A stretch of DNA of 64,000 nt from the human T2T-CHM13v2.0 reference genome, Homo sapiens: NCBI RefSeq assembly GCF_009914755.1, contig NC_060935.1; one strand, 5' to 3'. A program made the position numbers and the translations under genes. This document shows positions 28,337 to 43,471 of this stretch, one piece after another. Position 1 is the first letter of the stretch, and each line of letters starts with the position of its first letter. The notes under the pieces are model-generated. The model had not been told where the DNA came from, made no database searches, and saw only the letters and a list, made by a program, of their open reading frames with translations.

Positions 28337-28428
28337 GAAGGAAGGAAGGAAGGAAGAAAGGAAGGAAGGAAGGAAAGGAAAGAAGGAAAGAAGGAAAGGG
28401 AGATGAGGGAGAGGGAGGAAGAAGGAAA
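28337..28428. repeat. (GGAA)n / purine-rich microsatellite
   Basis: Two runs of 4 consecutive GGAA followed by degenerate units. Confidence 0.95.
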
Positions 28429-29539
28429 AATATCTTCATCTAATTAGGAAAAAAATAAACCTGGGTAGCTTCTATGTTCTTAGATTAGAGAAAGAAAATG
28501 GAAGTAAAGAAATTAGCGTTATTTGAATCTCTATTGTGTGCCAGATACTCAGCTAAGTTTTTGGATTTTTTTAAATTTGATCTATAGCTATTTCTATCTT
28601 CTCTCTGATGTAAGGATACCTTAGAGAACTAGAAATCAGAGAGAAGAAAAGGGAAATGATTAAGTTGATATCAGAACCTACAGAAGTCTTACCACTTACC
28701 AAACCAGAATCCTCAAAGTTGTGGATAATTTTCTAGAGATTTTTGACACCAAAGTAAACTTTAAATGTGTGATAAAACATTATTTAGTTAATTAATCATA
28801 TACTTAAGCTTTGAAGTTAATGGTAAGTACAGCCTATACATTTTTCTTAACTGTTTAATTCTTTAAAAGATTGTCTTTGCTAGTAACTTTTAAGGCCTAA
28901 TTATTTTAATCGAGTTTTGAAAAATATTAAAAGTTAAAAAGAATTGCAGAGGAATATCAAAGGAAAACAGTAGGTTATAGAAGACTATGTATTCATTAAA
29001 AGCTTGATAATTCTTGCCTCTGCCTGGTAGGATATTAGGTAATTAAAATTTATTTGATTTGCATATCTGTGTTTTACAATAACTATATAATGCTTTGGTA
29101 AATAAAAATCATAATTTAAAAAAACAAGTGGCATGGAGAGAAAACAGAGAGAAAAAAATGGTGCCCAGCTTTATTCCTTCCATGGTATAGGGTTTTAATA
29201 AAAAGACTGAATAAAACTGCAAAAAATTCCTGAGACAAAACACACAGGGCAGCGCAGGAGAACAGGAAAGAAGAAAATACAGAAAAATAGACCCAAATGT
29301 TTCAATAAACTGTCCCGCCACACTAAAAAATGGGCAGCAGCAGAGGTTGCCACATGCATCTACAGGCAAAGAGGAGGAACAACGATTGGGATTATTCTAA
29401 CCAGATTTTTCATGAAACCTTCTGTTGTAGCTGGCCTAAGTGGAACAAATGTGTCTGTGCCTTTGTTTCAGAGTATTTGTACTCCCTAATTTTTATAGCT
29501 CTTTCCACATCTTTACGTGCAATAACTCCACTGATGATG

Positions 29540-30270
29540 TCATACTGGTCTTCCTCAGTTTCTACAAATATAGCCAGCTCTTTCTCACAACATGGCATTT
29601 GCACATGCCATTCCATCTGGAACAATCCATTCTCCCATCCTCTTCAATGTTTCTCCACAGCAAGTTCCCAGTCAAACCCAGGTCTCAACTAACATGTCAC
29701 CTCCTCTGAGATTTTGCTGATCACCCTACTCCCCGACCTGAAGTAATTGAAGTAATGCAGTCACACCACTATACACACTCCACCACCCTCAACTTTGCTT
29801 CCCTAACTTAACTCCTGCATCATTGCCTTCAAAACCCTTAGCACAATTTGCAATGACTTTGTTTGTTTGTTTCTGTCTTCCTCATTGGAATGCAAAGCCC
29901 ATGAAGTCAAGAACACATTTGTCATCACAGTTGTGCTTCCAGTAGACATATGGTTGGCACTCAACAAATATTTGGGAAATAAATGAATGGTCTCATAGTA
30001 ACCTAGCGCAGTACACAGAGCACGAATTATTATCCCCATTTCATAGGTAAGAAAATCTCAGAGGTGCTTCAAGGACTTGCCCCAAAACACACAATCAGGA
30101 ACATAACCTCGGTCTTTTTACTCAAGTTCAAGATTTGAGTCAGCCTTCTAGCTGGGTGACACTGGGCACTTTACATAACCTCCATGTTTCTGTTTCTCCA
30201 TCTGAAAAACAAGAAATAAAATAGAAACCTACTTCATGGTTGTTACGAGGATTAAACAAGGCTTAGAATG
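29540..30270. mobile_element. L2 3' end and MIR fragments
   Basis: ttggcactcaacaaatatttgggaaataaatgaatg (L2 end); MIR cores at ~30020-30270. Confidence 0.7.
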
Positions 30271-30687
30271 TATTTCCATTGGGAAATACTTAATTTCACA
30301 GAAAAATGTTAACAGTCTGATACTAGATCACAGATCTTGATGGAGGCAATAGGTTTGTATTCATAATATATATAGGATGGGCTGCACTCAGGAGAATCGA
30401 GAAGTTTTGTGGCACAGGGAAGTTTTTTTAATAATGAAAGTGAGGCTGAGATGTCAAAGGCAAATGAGTACCTCACAATTTTGCATCTGGGTGGCTGTCT
30501 ACCAATCATAACCTAGGTCCCGTCTTGGAGCCCATGGAAGTTGGCTTGTTTTACAAATCTTGAAAATTCACCTATGAACATCAGAGGTTGCTAGTTATGG
30601 CCTGAACTAAGAAAAGGGTCTATTTTCTTGAGCCTTAATTTGTGGAATTACAAGACATGCTTTTGCTTCATTCGGTAGCGCAGGCTC

Positions 30688-30706
30688 CGACCACTAGAGG
30701 GAACTG
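30688..30706 (+). promoter_or_regulatory. CTCF-like motif in locally CpG-retaining sequence
   Basis: CGACCACTAGAGGGAACTG; several CpGs within ~150 bp. Confidence 0.5.
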
Positions 30707-31469
30707 CTCCATCAGTTGTATGAGACTCCAGGCTTCCGCATTCCTCTGGCTGTGACTGTGGAGTATTGTTTCGTAGCAATTTCCTCAGAAACGTAATTGG
30801 TCATTGACCCAATCATCTCTCCTTCATGACTTGCAAAATATACTCTCCTGGCCTCAGAGTTGTAAGGATGGAAACAAACACTTCTGTTTCTGAACCAGAG
30901 TGGGTTCTCAGAGTCTTGGCTTTCTTTCTGCAGCCTGTCTGCCTCCTAAGCAGCTGAGATTGTTTCCCCACTACAGATGAGTGATAAGCTGACTGCACCC
31001 TCACGGATAATTCTATCAGTAAGTAGGTCAGAAGGATAACCCCCTTCCCCTCTCTCCCCAAAATATTCATTTCCAAAATACTCACTGAGTGCTGGATTAC
31101 ATAAAATAGGAGCCTGGGGAGGGTATCATCCCAGTCACTTACCATTGGGTCAAGCGGCTGCTTGGACCCTGTGCCAACTAAGACCCTAATCTCAAGTACG
31201 TGCAGAGTAGGAAGTAATTTATGAAACTGGCATCCCCAAAGAGTAAGGAAGAGCAAAAGTGAATAAAATTTATTTAGAACAATTAAAATGTTCCGACTGG
31301 CTTGTGTGAGCAGTTTGTACTCTCAGGAATTCTCTGCTTTCTTCAGTTCTTCAAAGCTCTGTCCACAAACTTAGAAGAATAAACCAATATTATGGGGGAG
31401 AGAGGAGGAGACTTCAAAACACCTACAGATCATGGAAGAGAAAGAGTATCTACCTCTCCTGGAAGTTGC

Positions 31470-32883
<1,414 letters not shown>

Positions 32884-34015
32884 TCAATACATATCAGAAG
32901 TTCATAATTCCTTATTTCAAACTCATGTCTTATTCATTCATTCAGCAAAATTAAATACCTTCTACTTACCAAAACTGTTCTAAGTACTAAGAATTATGTA
33001 TGGACAACAGGCTGTTGAATACAGAATAATTATTGCTTTTTCACAACTTTTTACCTTTTTTAATTAACTGTTTTATTTGAGATCATTGTGGATTCACATT
33101 CAGTTGTAAGAAATAATACAGGGATCCCATGTACCCTTTCCCCAGATTCCTCCAGTAGTAGCATCTTGCAAAACTATGGTACAATGGAACAACCAGTATA
33201 TTGACATTATCCAGTCAAAACAGAGATATCTCCATCAACACAGGGATCTCTTACGGTGCTTTTTTATAGAAACACACATTTCCCTTCCCCTCATCCCATA
33301 TCTGGGTCTTAACCCCTGGTAACCACTAATCTATTCTCCATTTCTGTAATTTATTGTTTTGAGATTATTCTATAAGTGGAATCTTGCATTATTGGTTTTT
33401 TTCACTCAGCGTAATTCTCTAGAGATTCACCCAAGTTTTTGTATGTATCAATAGTCCATTCCCTTTTATTGCTGAGTAATAGTCTAGGGTATGGATGTAC
33501 CATAGGTTGTTTAACTAATTATCACTGAAGGACACCTAGATTGTTTCTAGTTTTGTGCATTACAAACCAAGAGCTATAAACATTCATGTACAATATTTCG
33601 TGTGAATGTAAGTTTTTATTTTTCTGCAATAAATGTCCAAGAGTGTAATTGCTGGGTCATGTAAGTGTTGCATATTTAATATTTTCAGAAATTGCCAAAC
33701 TGTTTTTTAGAGAGGCTGTACCACTTTTATTCCCACCAGCAATGTATGAATGATCCAGTTTCTCTGCATCCTTGCTAGTTTTTGGTGTTGTCATTACTTT
33801 TTATTTTAACCATTCTGGTAGACGTCTAGTGATATCTCATTGTGGTTTTTAATTTGCATTTCCCTGATTGCTAATGATCTTGAACATCTTTTCATGTGCT
33901 TAATTGCCATCTGTATATGTTTTTCAGTGAAATATGTCATCATGTTTTTTACTCATTTTCTAATCAGTTGGTTTGGTGCTGGTTTTTTTAAATTCAGTTT
34001 TGAGAATTCTGTAGT

Positions 34016-34560
34016 TCTATTAGTCCATTCTCATGGGTCTTGGGCAGCTCTACCCCATGGCTTTGCAAGGAACAGTTTCCCTCCTGGCTGCTTTCACAGC
34101 TGGTATTGAGTGTCTGCGACTTTTCCTGGCACACGGTGCAAACTGTCGGTGGGTCTATTATACCATTCTTGGGTCTGGATGATGGCGGCCCTCTTCTCAC
34201 AGCTCCACTAGGCACTGCGCAGTGGGGACTTTGTGTGGGAGCTCCAACCTCACATTTCTCTTCCACACTGCCTAGCAGAGGTTCTCCATGAGGTCTCCAC
34301 CTCTGCAGCAGACTTCTGCCTGGAGATCCAGGCATTTCCATACATCCTCTGAAATCTAGACAGAGGTTCCCAAACGTCAATTCTTGTCTTCTGCACACCC
34401 ACAGGACCAACACAATGTGGAAGTAGCCAAGGCCTCCTGGGGCTTGCACCCTCTGAAACAACAGCCTGAGCTGTACCTTGGCCCCTTTCAGCCATGGCTG
34501 AAGCAGCTGGGATGCAGGGCACCAAGTCCAGAGGCTCCACACAGCAGGGGGGGTCCTGTG
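34016..34560 (-). mobile_element. THE1/MST internal fragment with a short LTR stub
   Basis: tattagtccattctcat stub, then THE1-int (cttgggcagctctaccccatggctttgcaagg...gcagggcaccaagtcc). Confidence 0.85.
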
Positions 34561-34964
34561 TGGAGTGGAATGTAATATTTTTGTAGATCCTTTGGGATAT
34601 TCTACATAGACTCTCAGGTCATTTGCAAATAGGAGCAGTTTTACTTTTTCCATCCTAATCTGTATGGGATTTATTTTCTTTTCATACCTTACTGCGCTAT
34701 CTAAAATTCCACTACTATGTTGAATAAATGTGAGGAGAGAGAACATCCTCGCCTTGTTCCTGACATAGGGCAAAAACATTCAATTTTTTAGCATTAAATG
34801 TAACATTAGCTGTTGGGTTTAAGTAGATATTCTTTATCAAACTGAGGAAGTTTCCCCTCCACTTCTATTTTTCCAAGAGTTTTTAAAATCATGGATTAAA
34901 TTCAAACTTTGTCACATGATTTTTCTGCATCAATTAATATGATCATGTGGTTTTTCTTCTTTAA

Positions 34965-35305
<341 letters not shown>

Positions 35306-35876
35306 GATTTTGAAATATTGAACAGCTTTGCATTCCTGGAATAGACTCCATTTGCTCATGATGTATAATTCTTTTTTTATGTAGCTGAATCATATTTTAA
35401 GTGTTTTCAGAGAATTTCTGCATCTATATTCATGAAGGATATAGGTCCATAATTTTCTTTGTACTATCTTTGTCTAGTTTGGGTGTCAGGATCATACTAG
35501 CTTCACAAATTAATTGAGAAATTTTTTCTTCTCTTTCATATTCTAGAAGAGATTGTTTAAAATTTGTGTTAATCCTTCTTTAAATGTAGGAGACATTACA
35601 AATAACTCTATACATATAAATTTGGAAACAGATGAATGGATCAATTTCTTTAATAGCACAACTACACAACTAATCTAATATAAATAATTTGAATAGCCCT
35701 ATCAATATTAAAGAAATTACATTCATAATTATAAAATACCCCAAAACATAAATCTCCAGGTCCATGGGATGATTCTACCTAATGTTTAAAGAAGAATTAA
35801 GGCTGATTCTATACAATCTCTTCAAGAAAAGAGGAGGAAAAACTTTCCAATTCAATTTATGAAGCTAATATTACCC

Positions 35877-36455
35877 TGTAATACATATTAGGTATTCATC
35901 GCCCTTTCATGGCATACAACTCCTAAAATCCTTGGACCCTCCAAAGTGCTGTCTTTTTGTATGTTAATGTTAATTGATAGTTTCAGGATAGGGCTGGTTG
36001 TCAGAAAGACACAGCTATGATTAAAGGATTGGGACTTTCAGCCCCAGTCCCCAACATCCGGAAGGGGAGAGGGGTTGAAGGTTAAGTTGATCATCATTGG
36101 CCAACGGTTTAATCAATCATGCCTACATAATGAAGCCTCCATAAAAACACCACGAAGGCAGGGTTCAGTGAGCCTCTGAATAGTCTAATACATGGAGGTT
36201 TCTGAAGGGTGGTATGCCCAGGGAGAGCATGGAAGCTTCATGCTGCTTCTCATATGCCTTGCCCTATGCATCTCTTCATCTGTATCTTTTGTAGCATCCT
36301 TTATAGTAAACCAGCAAATGTGTTTCCCTGAGTTCTGTGAGCCACTCCAACAAATGAATCGAACTCAAAGTGGGGGTTGTGGGAACCCCGACTTGAAGCT
36401 GGTAAGTCAGAAGTTCTGGAGGCATGGACTGGTGACTTGTGTCTGGAATGAGAGC
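35877..36455 (+). mobile_element. MER21-like LTR, 3'-truncated
   Basis: ggcatacaactcctaaaatccttgg...ggccaacggtttaatcaatcatgcctacataatgaagcctccataaaa. Confidence 0.75.
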
Positions 36456-36553
36456 AGTCATTATTGCAGTTCATTATGGCTATAAATTTACCACTCATTG
36501 TTTTAGCTGTGTCCCACATATTTTGAAATGTTGTATTTTATTTTCACTCAGTT

Positions 36554-37202
36554 TGTAAAAGGAAAATAAATCTCAGGACCCCAAACTCACTAAGCCAAAG
36601 GGAAAAGTCAAGCTGGGAACTGGGTTATGCAAATCTGCCCCCCATTTGGTTCCTGAATAGGATAGCTACAAAGATGAAAAGTTACATACCTCCCTCACCG
36701 ATTGCCCACAAGGAAATTCCCTGTGGGCCCCAAGATCTTTACCCTAAAACAGTTCTGCTGAATTTCACCCTGGCCATGTAAATTGATAGCTTATTTTCAC
36801 AGGTGCAGGACAAAGGACAGAACTAAAAGTCATCCCTCTACTCACCTGAAACAAATGTGTATCTGATTGCTTCTTCTACCCTATCCTACTCTATCCTCTA
36901 CTGCAGATTCTCTGAGCCAGATGAAGGCATAAGTGACTATTCCTCTACTCCCCTGTCACATGTAAATTGTATATTCCATGAAAGGCTGATCAAAGACTCA
37001 AAAATGTAACCGTCTGTCTTTTATCTATCCACACCTTTCAAACAGTTTCTACCCCTTTCTCCAATATCTGCTCTTTCCCCTTTAAATATCAAAGCCTTTG
37101 GAGAAAGGCACAGACCTGTATCCTGAGCATATATCCTTAACTCTGGCAAATAAACCTCCTACAATGATTGAGACTCACCTCAATCATTTTCATTGATTTA
37201 TA
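36554..37202 (+). mobile_element. MER4-group (MER4B-like) ERV1 solo LTR
   Basis: tgtaaaaggaaaataaatctcaggaccccaaactcactaagcc...; AATAAA; 4-bp TSD AGTT. Confidence 0.85.
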
Positions 37203-37250
37203 AGTTCAATATATTTTTAAAAATATATTTATCTTAACACTTTGACGCAT

Positions 37251-37602
37251 TGTCTTAGTCAATTTGGGCTGCAATAACAATTATACTATAGACTGTGTGA
37301 CTTTAAAAACAAACATTTAATTCTTAGAATTCTGGAAGCTAGGAAGTCCAAGTTCAAGGTGCTGGCAGATCCCACATCTGGTGAGGGCCACCTTCTGGTT
37401 TGCAGATGGCAGCCTCCTTGTTGTATTTTCACATGCCAGAGAGCAGAAAGGGAAGCACAAGCTCTCTCCTGTCTCTTCTCCACCCTTATGACCTAATTAC
37501 CTCCCAAACGCCTCATCTCCAAACATCATCACATTGGTGATTAGGCTTCAATATACAAATCGGGAGTTGAGGGGGAGGCTCACAGACACTCAGTCCACAG
37601 CA
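37251..37602 (-). mobile_element. MLT1A/MSTD-like MaLR solo LTR
   Basis: tgtcttagtcaatttgggctgc...aagtccaagttcaaggtgctggcagat...cagtccacagca. Confidence 0.85.
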
Positions 37603-37990
37603 CTCCTGAATTATGTGGAAGTGTGCTAGCTTCCAAGTATTTCAAGACTCACCTGTTATTTTGTTCTGCTACTAATTTTTCATTCTGTTGAGGTCATAGA
37701 ACACACTTTGTATGATTTCAATCATTTTAAATTTGTCAAGGCTTGTTCTATAACACAGAGTATAATCTATCTTTGCACATGTTCTATGGGACCTATGGGC
37801 CCTTGCATAGAAGGTATATTCACTGTTGTTGGGTGGAGTGTTCTATGAAAGTTAAGTTAGATCCTGTTGATTAATGATATCATTGAGTTCTTCTATATCC
37901 TTGTAATTTTTGTTAATTCTTGCTACTCATTGTTTCTCTATTCCTAGAAGTCTTAGAATCCCTGGCTTAGAAGCAGGGAAGAAATAGTGA

Positions 37991-38321
<331 letters not shown>

Positions 38322-39111
38322 CAATCTTCTAACTTCTTAAATTAGCAAATGATGCATATTTCAAAGACAAGAAAGCCAGATCTTTCATTTCTCATTCGCA
38401 ACAGCCAAATTTCATTAAGAGGAAGCAAAATACTTTCATAGATTTCAAAGAGTTAAACCATAGAGGGTTTGAGTATAGAATGTTTAGTGTAAGACACTGA
38501 AAGACAGGCTATGTGATATGATATGGATATTATATCCCACTAAACCAGATAAAGCATTCCTCCCAGACATGAGGGAGGCAGGAAACAGACAGACATAGGT
38601 GAGTATCCAACCCCCCAGGATTGAGACCCTTAGTGAATAGTGTAAACCCCTAGGTAGGTTTGAGGAACTGAGGACAGAAGAGTATGTTTTATGCTAAAAA
38701 AAAAAGATTCATTAAAAACAAGCTTGGTGTGTGCCATAAGCCATCATAGGATAGATTCAGGGAACTAGAAATGAAAGTATAGCATACTTCAGTAGAGAGC
38801 CTTAGTGTTCCTGGCTTCATAGTAGCTCCTATCCAGCAGTTCCTGCATGCTGCAGGGGGACAGAAAACCAAGAAGGGGAGACAATGAGGAGGACCCAGAG
38901 TACAAGGACCTGAAGATCAGACAGCATGGCCACACCTAAGGGCACCAGCAGCAGAGGCTGGTGCAAGTCAGAAGGATGAGCAGGGACCGGCAATACAAGC
39001 AGAAAATGACCAGCAGGATGAGATACTCAAGTAGAGGCTAATCCAGGACAGCTCACCACTCCTGCCAAGCTACTGTATAAGCTTCCACTTGTACTCAGAA
39101 GCCATAATAAG

Positions 39112-39872
39112 TGGTATAGACAGGAGACAGGGAAATACTGCACGAAAGAGGGTGGTTCCCCAGCAAAGACCCCACCTTCAAGCAAGCCTGGAAACCCACA
39201 GCACTAGATGAAAACAGGCATTCCTGTTTTTGTGCCCAAAAGTTGCCTTTTGGCCCACCATGCACCCCTATCCTGTACATATATAAACCCCAAACTCCAG
39301 ATTCCACAAGCCAATGAACAGAAGAGCAGAACGGAAGAACAGCATGGCAGAAAGAAAAAAAAAAGGAGTATCTGAATGCCAAGAGAAGATCAGCTGCGAA
39401 TGGTCGGAGAGGAGAACGGACACCGGCTGCCCAAACTCCAGGGGAAGATCATCTTCTTACTTCATCCCCCTTCCAGCTCCCCATCCACCCCACTGAGAGC
39501 CACCTCCACCACTCAACAAAACCCCTGCACACATCCTTCAGGTTTATATATGACCCAATTCTTCCTGGACACCAGACAAAGACCTAGGTACGAAGAGGGC
39601 ACTGAGCTGGTTAACACTTAAGCCATCCGTGGACAGCAAGGCTAAAAGAGCACACTGTAACACAGGCCCACTTGGGCTTTGGGGGTTGCAGGATCCCACC
39701 CACAGACACTGCCATGGGGCCTGGGCCCAGGGGTGCTCGGTCCGGCTCCTGCACCTGCCCATCTGCATGCTCCCCCTCCTGTAAGGAGTTTGAGTATGCA
39801 CAGTGCCAAACAGACAAGCTACACCCCTGTTGCATGTCCTGCTAGGGGGGGTCAGGGAACGCTCCAGTTTCA
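39112..39872 (+). mobile_element. MER50-like ERV1 solo LTR (copy 1)
   Basis: tggtatagacaggagacagggaaatactg...gtcagggaacgctccagtttca; flanks TAAG/TCAG. Confidence 0.8.
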
Positions 39873-40576
39873 TCAGCAGTAAAGCAGGACAAAAAGGAGG
39901 AGGGAAACATCCAGGAGAGCAGGGGCAAGGAGTTACAGGAGCCCTTGAGAGAAAAGGACACCCCTGACAACCTGAATTTTGAATCAACAAAATTTAAATT
40001 CTTGGTAATTACACCGAAAGACTAAATTCTAAACCAGAAGAAAATCAAAGTGACAAGGTTAATTTGTTTATTGTTTGTTTACTTGATTTGATTTATTTTT
40101 TTTTCTCTCTCACTGTTATTGAAATAGGGGCTACTTGAATTCAACTGTAGAGGTGTTTAAAAAAAGAATCGTGTTTATATGTGTGAGGTTTGTGGGACCT
40201 GCTTAAAGTTTTGGTCCTGGAAGGGTCTTCGAAGGCCATCTAATTCACGTTGTATTGAGAGGAAATAGACGATGAAATAGGAAGCAATTATCTCAGGACT
40301 ACAAAGCCAGTCACTAAAAGGGCCAAGACAAGATTGCACATTTCCAAAGGCACCCAGACATGTGAGCATTCAAAATCAAGAGCACTTTCACCCATAGTCA
40401 TTGATGATGAAAAACACAGGTTGAATACATGTGGCTGCTTCTGATTTTTAAGCACACACAAAACTCTTGTACCACTGGAGCGAACCCACCAGCCATCAAT
40501 GACTGCATGACGCCTTTCCCCCAGTTCTTTGCTCTCAACAGTAATTCCCTTTGCCATAACTTTCTGTTTTCTGCAG

Positions 40577-40741
40577 TGCCAGCCAGTCGTGACTGGTTGT
40601 GGCATCTCTAACAAAAGATACTGGATGTTGTTTTAAAGTCCCATGGTTGCATTTCAGAGCTAAAAATAGGACTATGCTATATCATCTGATATTTTCAGAT
40701 GATCAGCTACACCACTTCCCTCCTTTCTGAAACTTACAGAG
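40577..40741 (+). ncRNA. Candidate spliced exon (165 nt) of an unknown, probably non-coding, transcript
   Basis: Strong acceptor tttctgttttctgcag and consensus donor GAG|GTAAGT in unique DNA; stops in all three frames. Confidence 0.35.
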
Positions 40742-42998
40742 GTAAGTGAATTTTAAAATTTTGTTCTTTGAACAGCTCACTTTAGAGAACAATAGAGCCA
40801 TTACACAAGCATACTTAATTTCAACTCTATACATTTAGCCCATTTCCCCCAACCCACTTTCCCCTCATTTCATGGGCTACTAAAAATATAGAACTAAATA
40901 GTGTGGCCCACCTGGAAATGAGTGTGTACACTGTTTAGCCTGAATGAGTGCTTGTGTGTGTTAAAGGAACAGGCTGCCTTCCAGGTGTCACCTCACATTT
41001 GGTTTCATTTTACTTTTCTCTAGTCATATGCCTTTGCCCTGACTTCCATGCCTGTTTTTACATTTTATTTTACAGAAATTATGTATTTCTGTAATGCAGT
41101 TTATAAAAATGATAAGAATATTAATCAATGTGCTTACTTTCATCAGCTTCAGTCAAACTTCTATTTACCCATCTTCAAATTATTTGCTCAAATTATATCT
41201 ACAAGGCAAAAGGAAAGTAAATAAGGAAAGAATCCTGCTACTGAGGATTAAAAGCACCTTTTACATAATAACTAATGAATTTTGCAGACTGGCTGTGAAC
41301 ATGGCTGACAGCATCAAATAGATATGCCAGTGGTGAATTTTTGCTCTGTCCATGTGAATATAACCTTAATTTAAGATCATAATAAAATTTGAAACAGTGA
41401 AACAAGAGTGAGATTTAACCTCATTAAGATCAGGGAGCACATCTTCTTTCAATAACTATTTCAAACACGTTTACATATAGACTCACGCAGGCAAAGTAAC
41501 CACAATTACTGTTTTTAAAGTGAAATACGTTAATATGTTACCTATTCTACAGAAACACGTAAGAACCTTCGGAAGCAAAATAATAACATCATTTGAAATA
41601 TGAATAGTTACCCGAAAACCTATAGCAATCCAAAGCCAAATTTAAGATGAACAAACTTAAGATGTCCAAAATTTAAGTTGAGACAGCCTTTTGCTCTTGG
41701 CAAGCTACAAAATAAATACAAGTTCCCCTCCCTTTATGTCACACACACAATTTAGGGGAGCTCACTTGGACAATATTTGTACTGTGATACATAACGTCAT
41801 CTAGAATATAAGTCAGAGTACCCAGCTATTTCTCTCTTTTGTGATTATTCACTTTAAAATTACAAGTTCTGATTCATTTTTAGATTTCAAATGATCAAAA
41901 CTTTTATCTGTTTTTAAAATGCCTATATTCCTTGGTTTTCTCTAATCAAGGAAGTGAATAGGTATCTTAGCAAGAGAGGTCATGGGGAAGATTGCAAGCA
42001 TTATACTATGCACTGTTGAGTGGGTTCAGAATAGTTTATATTATCATAAAAACAAATTGACATCAATAGCATAATTGCTGCATGAATAATCTTAGAACAA
42101 GTGAGACCTTTCAAGGCTTTTTTATTGTAAGCAATCATTATGCTCACCACATAAAACAAATGCCTTCTGGGAACTTTTAAAATAAGACTCAGCTTTTTCT
42201 AGCTTGTATTTCTTGGTTTCAACATGAGATATCTAAAAGATGAAAGAAGCTGTTCTGGCTATAGGGATAATACTGTGTGTAGCCATGGGTGATTTATGCA
42301 GTAAATTAAGGGAAAAAGTTGCACATGTAATGAGATATTGGTGAGCGAGTTCTCATTACCATCATAATATTTGGCACCAAAATTTAATAACTCCTTTTGC
42401 ATGTGAATGCAAAAAAAGAGCATTTTAACATTAATTAAAAGCCCATAATCATACTGGATGAAAGAGAGAATGTTAACCCAACTTTACATATGAGATACGG
42501 AGTCACGGAGATTAAGAAAATGACCCAGGCAGATTTTTTAAATTATTCATAATGCCACAATATGTCGATGGTGAAAGGGAAATCAGCATAGACTCCCACA
42601 ACTACCGCTGTTCTCATCATTGCCTTGTATGGAACAGAAGCCTGGTAATTAGGGCTTCTGATTTCTACAGATGTTCCCACTCCCTCTTCTGCCCTGCATT
42701 CCCTCAGCGCTAATGAATTCAGTATTAATTTGCAATCGATGATTGAGAAAATAAAAAGCTGTCTTCAATTCCTTTAGGGCAGAAAACAGTTCTTTAATTT
42801 TCTCTGAATTTCCCCATATTTCTCTGGTTCAGCTTCATGAAATGTGCAAGCAAAGAGTTCCTAGGTTGAGCAAACTTAAAGGGGTTTCTTTACTCCAAAA
42901 ATTCTCGGAGCCTTGACTATACCGATGTACATTGCAAAGCTCCAAGAAAGAAATATTACTTGCAGATTTATGTGACCACAGAATCTGCGTTTCATGGA

Positions 42999-43471
42999 TG
43001 TGGTAGGCAGAATAATGGCCTCCCAGAGATGTCCATTTCCTAATCCCTGGAAATTTACAAGGCAAAGGGGATGGAACTTTACAAGGCAAAGGGGAATTAC
43101 AGTAGCAAATGGAATAAAGGTTGCTAATCAGCCAATCTTAAAATAGTGAGGTTATCCTGGATTATCTGTGTGAATCCAATATAATCACAAAGGTCCTTAA
43201 AACTAGAACCGGAAGGCAGAAGACAGTGTCAGAGTGATTTAGCATGAGAAACACTTGACCAGTCATTGCTGGCTCTGAAGATGTCAGGAGGCAGAGGAGT
43301 ATGGGAAGCTCCAGCCTCCAGAAGGAATGCAGCACTGCTGATACTTTTATTTTAACCCAGTGAGACCTCTTTCAGATTTTTACCTCCAGAACTGTAAGAT
43401 AATAAATTCGTGTTGTATTAAGCCACCAAGTTTGTTGTAATTTATGACAGCAGCCATAAGAAACTAATACA
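42999..43471 (+). mobile_element. MLT1D MaLR solo LTR
   Basis: tgtggtaggcagaataatggcctccc...aagaaactaataca. Confidence 0.9.

Noticed and set aside
30813-31256. 147-aa minus-strand ORF in unique DNA
   Set aside because: Non-ATG start, no recognisable domain; consistent with a chance ORF
33994-34779. 261-aa ORF, the longest in the track
   Set aside because: Chimera of L1 ORF2 and THE1-internal sequence read across deletion junctions; not a gene
38480-40170. Possible ancient LTR-like element hosting MER50 copy 1
   Set aside because: Too degenerate to assign termini or family by eye
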